Below are positions 7,803-8,414 of a stretch of 8,414 bases of DNA, piece by piece. The translations under genes and the position numbers were made by a program. This DNA comes from Fonticula alba ATCC 38817 (Eukaryota > Protista > Nucleariida). The stretch is from the NCBI GenBank assembly GCA_000388065.2, contig KB932203.1, one strand, 5' to 3'. Positions within the stretch are counted from its first letter, which is position 1; each line of letters begins with the position of its first letter. The notes below the pieces were generated by a model, which was given only the letters and a program-made list of their open reading frames with translations, was not told the origin of the DNA and ran no database searches.

Positions 7803-8121
7803 GGGTGGGGCGGCCCGCTTGAACCGGGGCAACGCGACGATCGACCCCAGCCCGCGAAACACCCGGGGTGGCCCGGGGGCAAGAGGACACTAGCGGGCTG
7901 GTGGCGGGGACCGGCGGCTTGCATACATGCTCCCGTGCATTTGCAAGAGCTTAAGGCCAAGGGCGCACTCATGCAGCTTGGGTGGCCCAGTGAAACAGTC
8001 GGGCAGGGGGAGAGGCCTGCAGCCCCGGAGGGGCAGCGAATGACCCGAAGCCGGGAGGGGGAGGCGAGGCGGGCATACCCCGCTCCCGACAGCAGCGCGA
8101 GCCTGACCCGGGCCCGACACG

Positions 8122-8140
8122 CCCCCCCCCCCCCCCCCCC
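8122..8140 (+). repeat. C19 homopolymer
   Basis: Counted directly; it lies about 30 nt upstream of a TTTAG acceptor-like site ending at 8172. Confidence 0.9.
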
Positions 8141-8414
8141 ATCTCCACACTCATGTGCATGCTCCGCTTTAGTGGGAAGGAAAAACCATTGACTCTGGGG
8201 GGATTCGAGGGCCTCGCCGCGCATCTTGGCACCCGGCAAGAGGGGCATTAATTCCAGCCGACTTGGCGACAACAAGCAGCGCCCTGCCCTCCGCCCCCCC
8301 TCCGCCCGCCACTTCCTTGTTGAGCCGGAGAACGGCACACCCAGGTACGAAGGAGGCGGGGCTTCGGCGCGGATGCCCACAAGTTAGCTCTGCCGGACGG
8401 ACGGACGCACGCAC

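Noticed and set aside
6949-8380. Large ORFs spanning the 442-N gap
   Set aside because: Their length is inflated by Ns, they cross an unknown sequence, and the flanking peptides are unrecognisable.
1-8414. CRISPR array, rRNA, transposase or other prokaryote-type systems
   Set aside because: I saw no spaced direct repeats, terminal inverted repeats or such protein motifs. The sequence is intron-containing eukaryotic DNA.

Overview
This is GC-rich eukaryotic nuclear DNA with spliceosomal GT-AG introns, long C/G homopolymers, microsatellites and two assembly gaps (5922-6033 and 7361-7802). Three genes are supported. (1) An intronless tRNA-Asn(GTT) on the minus strand, 455-527, with a Pol III T5 terminator. 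(2) A two-exon plus-strand gene, join(1010..1145,1305..1465), encoding a 98-aa twin-CX9C mitochondrial protein of the CMC1 (cytochrome c oxidase assembly) family; it only emerges after splicing. (3) A large, multi-exon minus-strand RasGAP-domain gene convergent with it, running from a stop at 2441 to at least ATG 6540, with long low-complexity arms. Most ORFs in the supplied track are artefacts: antisense shadows, poly-Pro/poly-Gly from homopolymers, or TTG/GTG starts. The gene content implies an aerobic, Ras-using microbial eukaryote. The homopolymer style reminds me of Fonticula-like protists, but I cannot verify the organism. I see no clearly novel multi-gene system. The most interesting oddities are an A15-AG splice acceptor splitting the CX9C motif, a diverged and insertion-split RasGAP domain, and a strand-polarised pattern of simple repeats.
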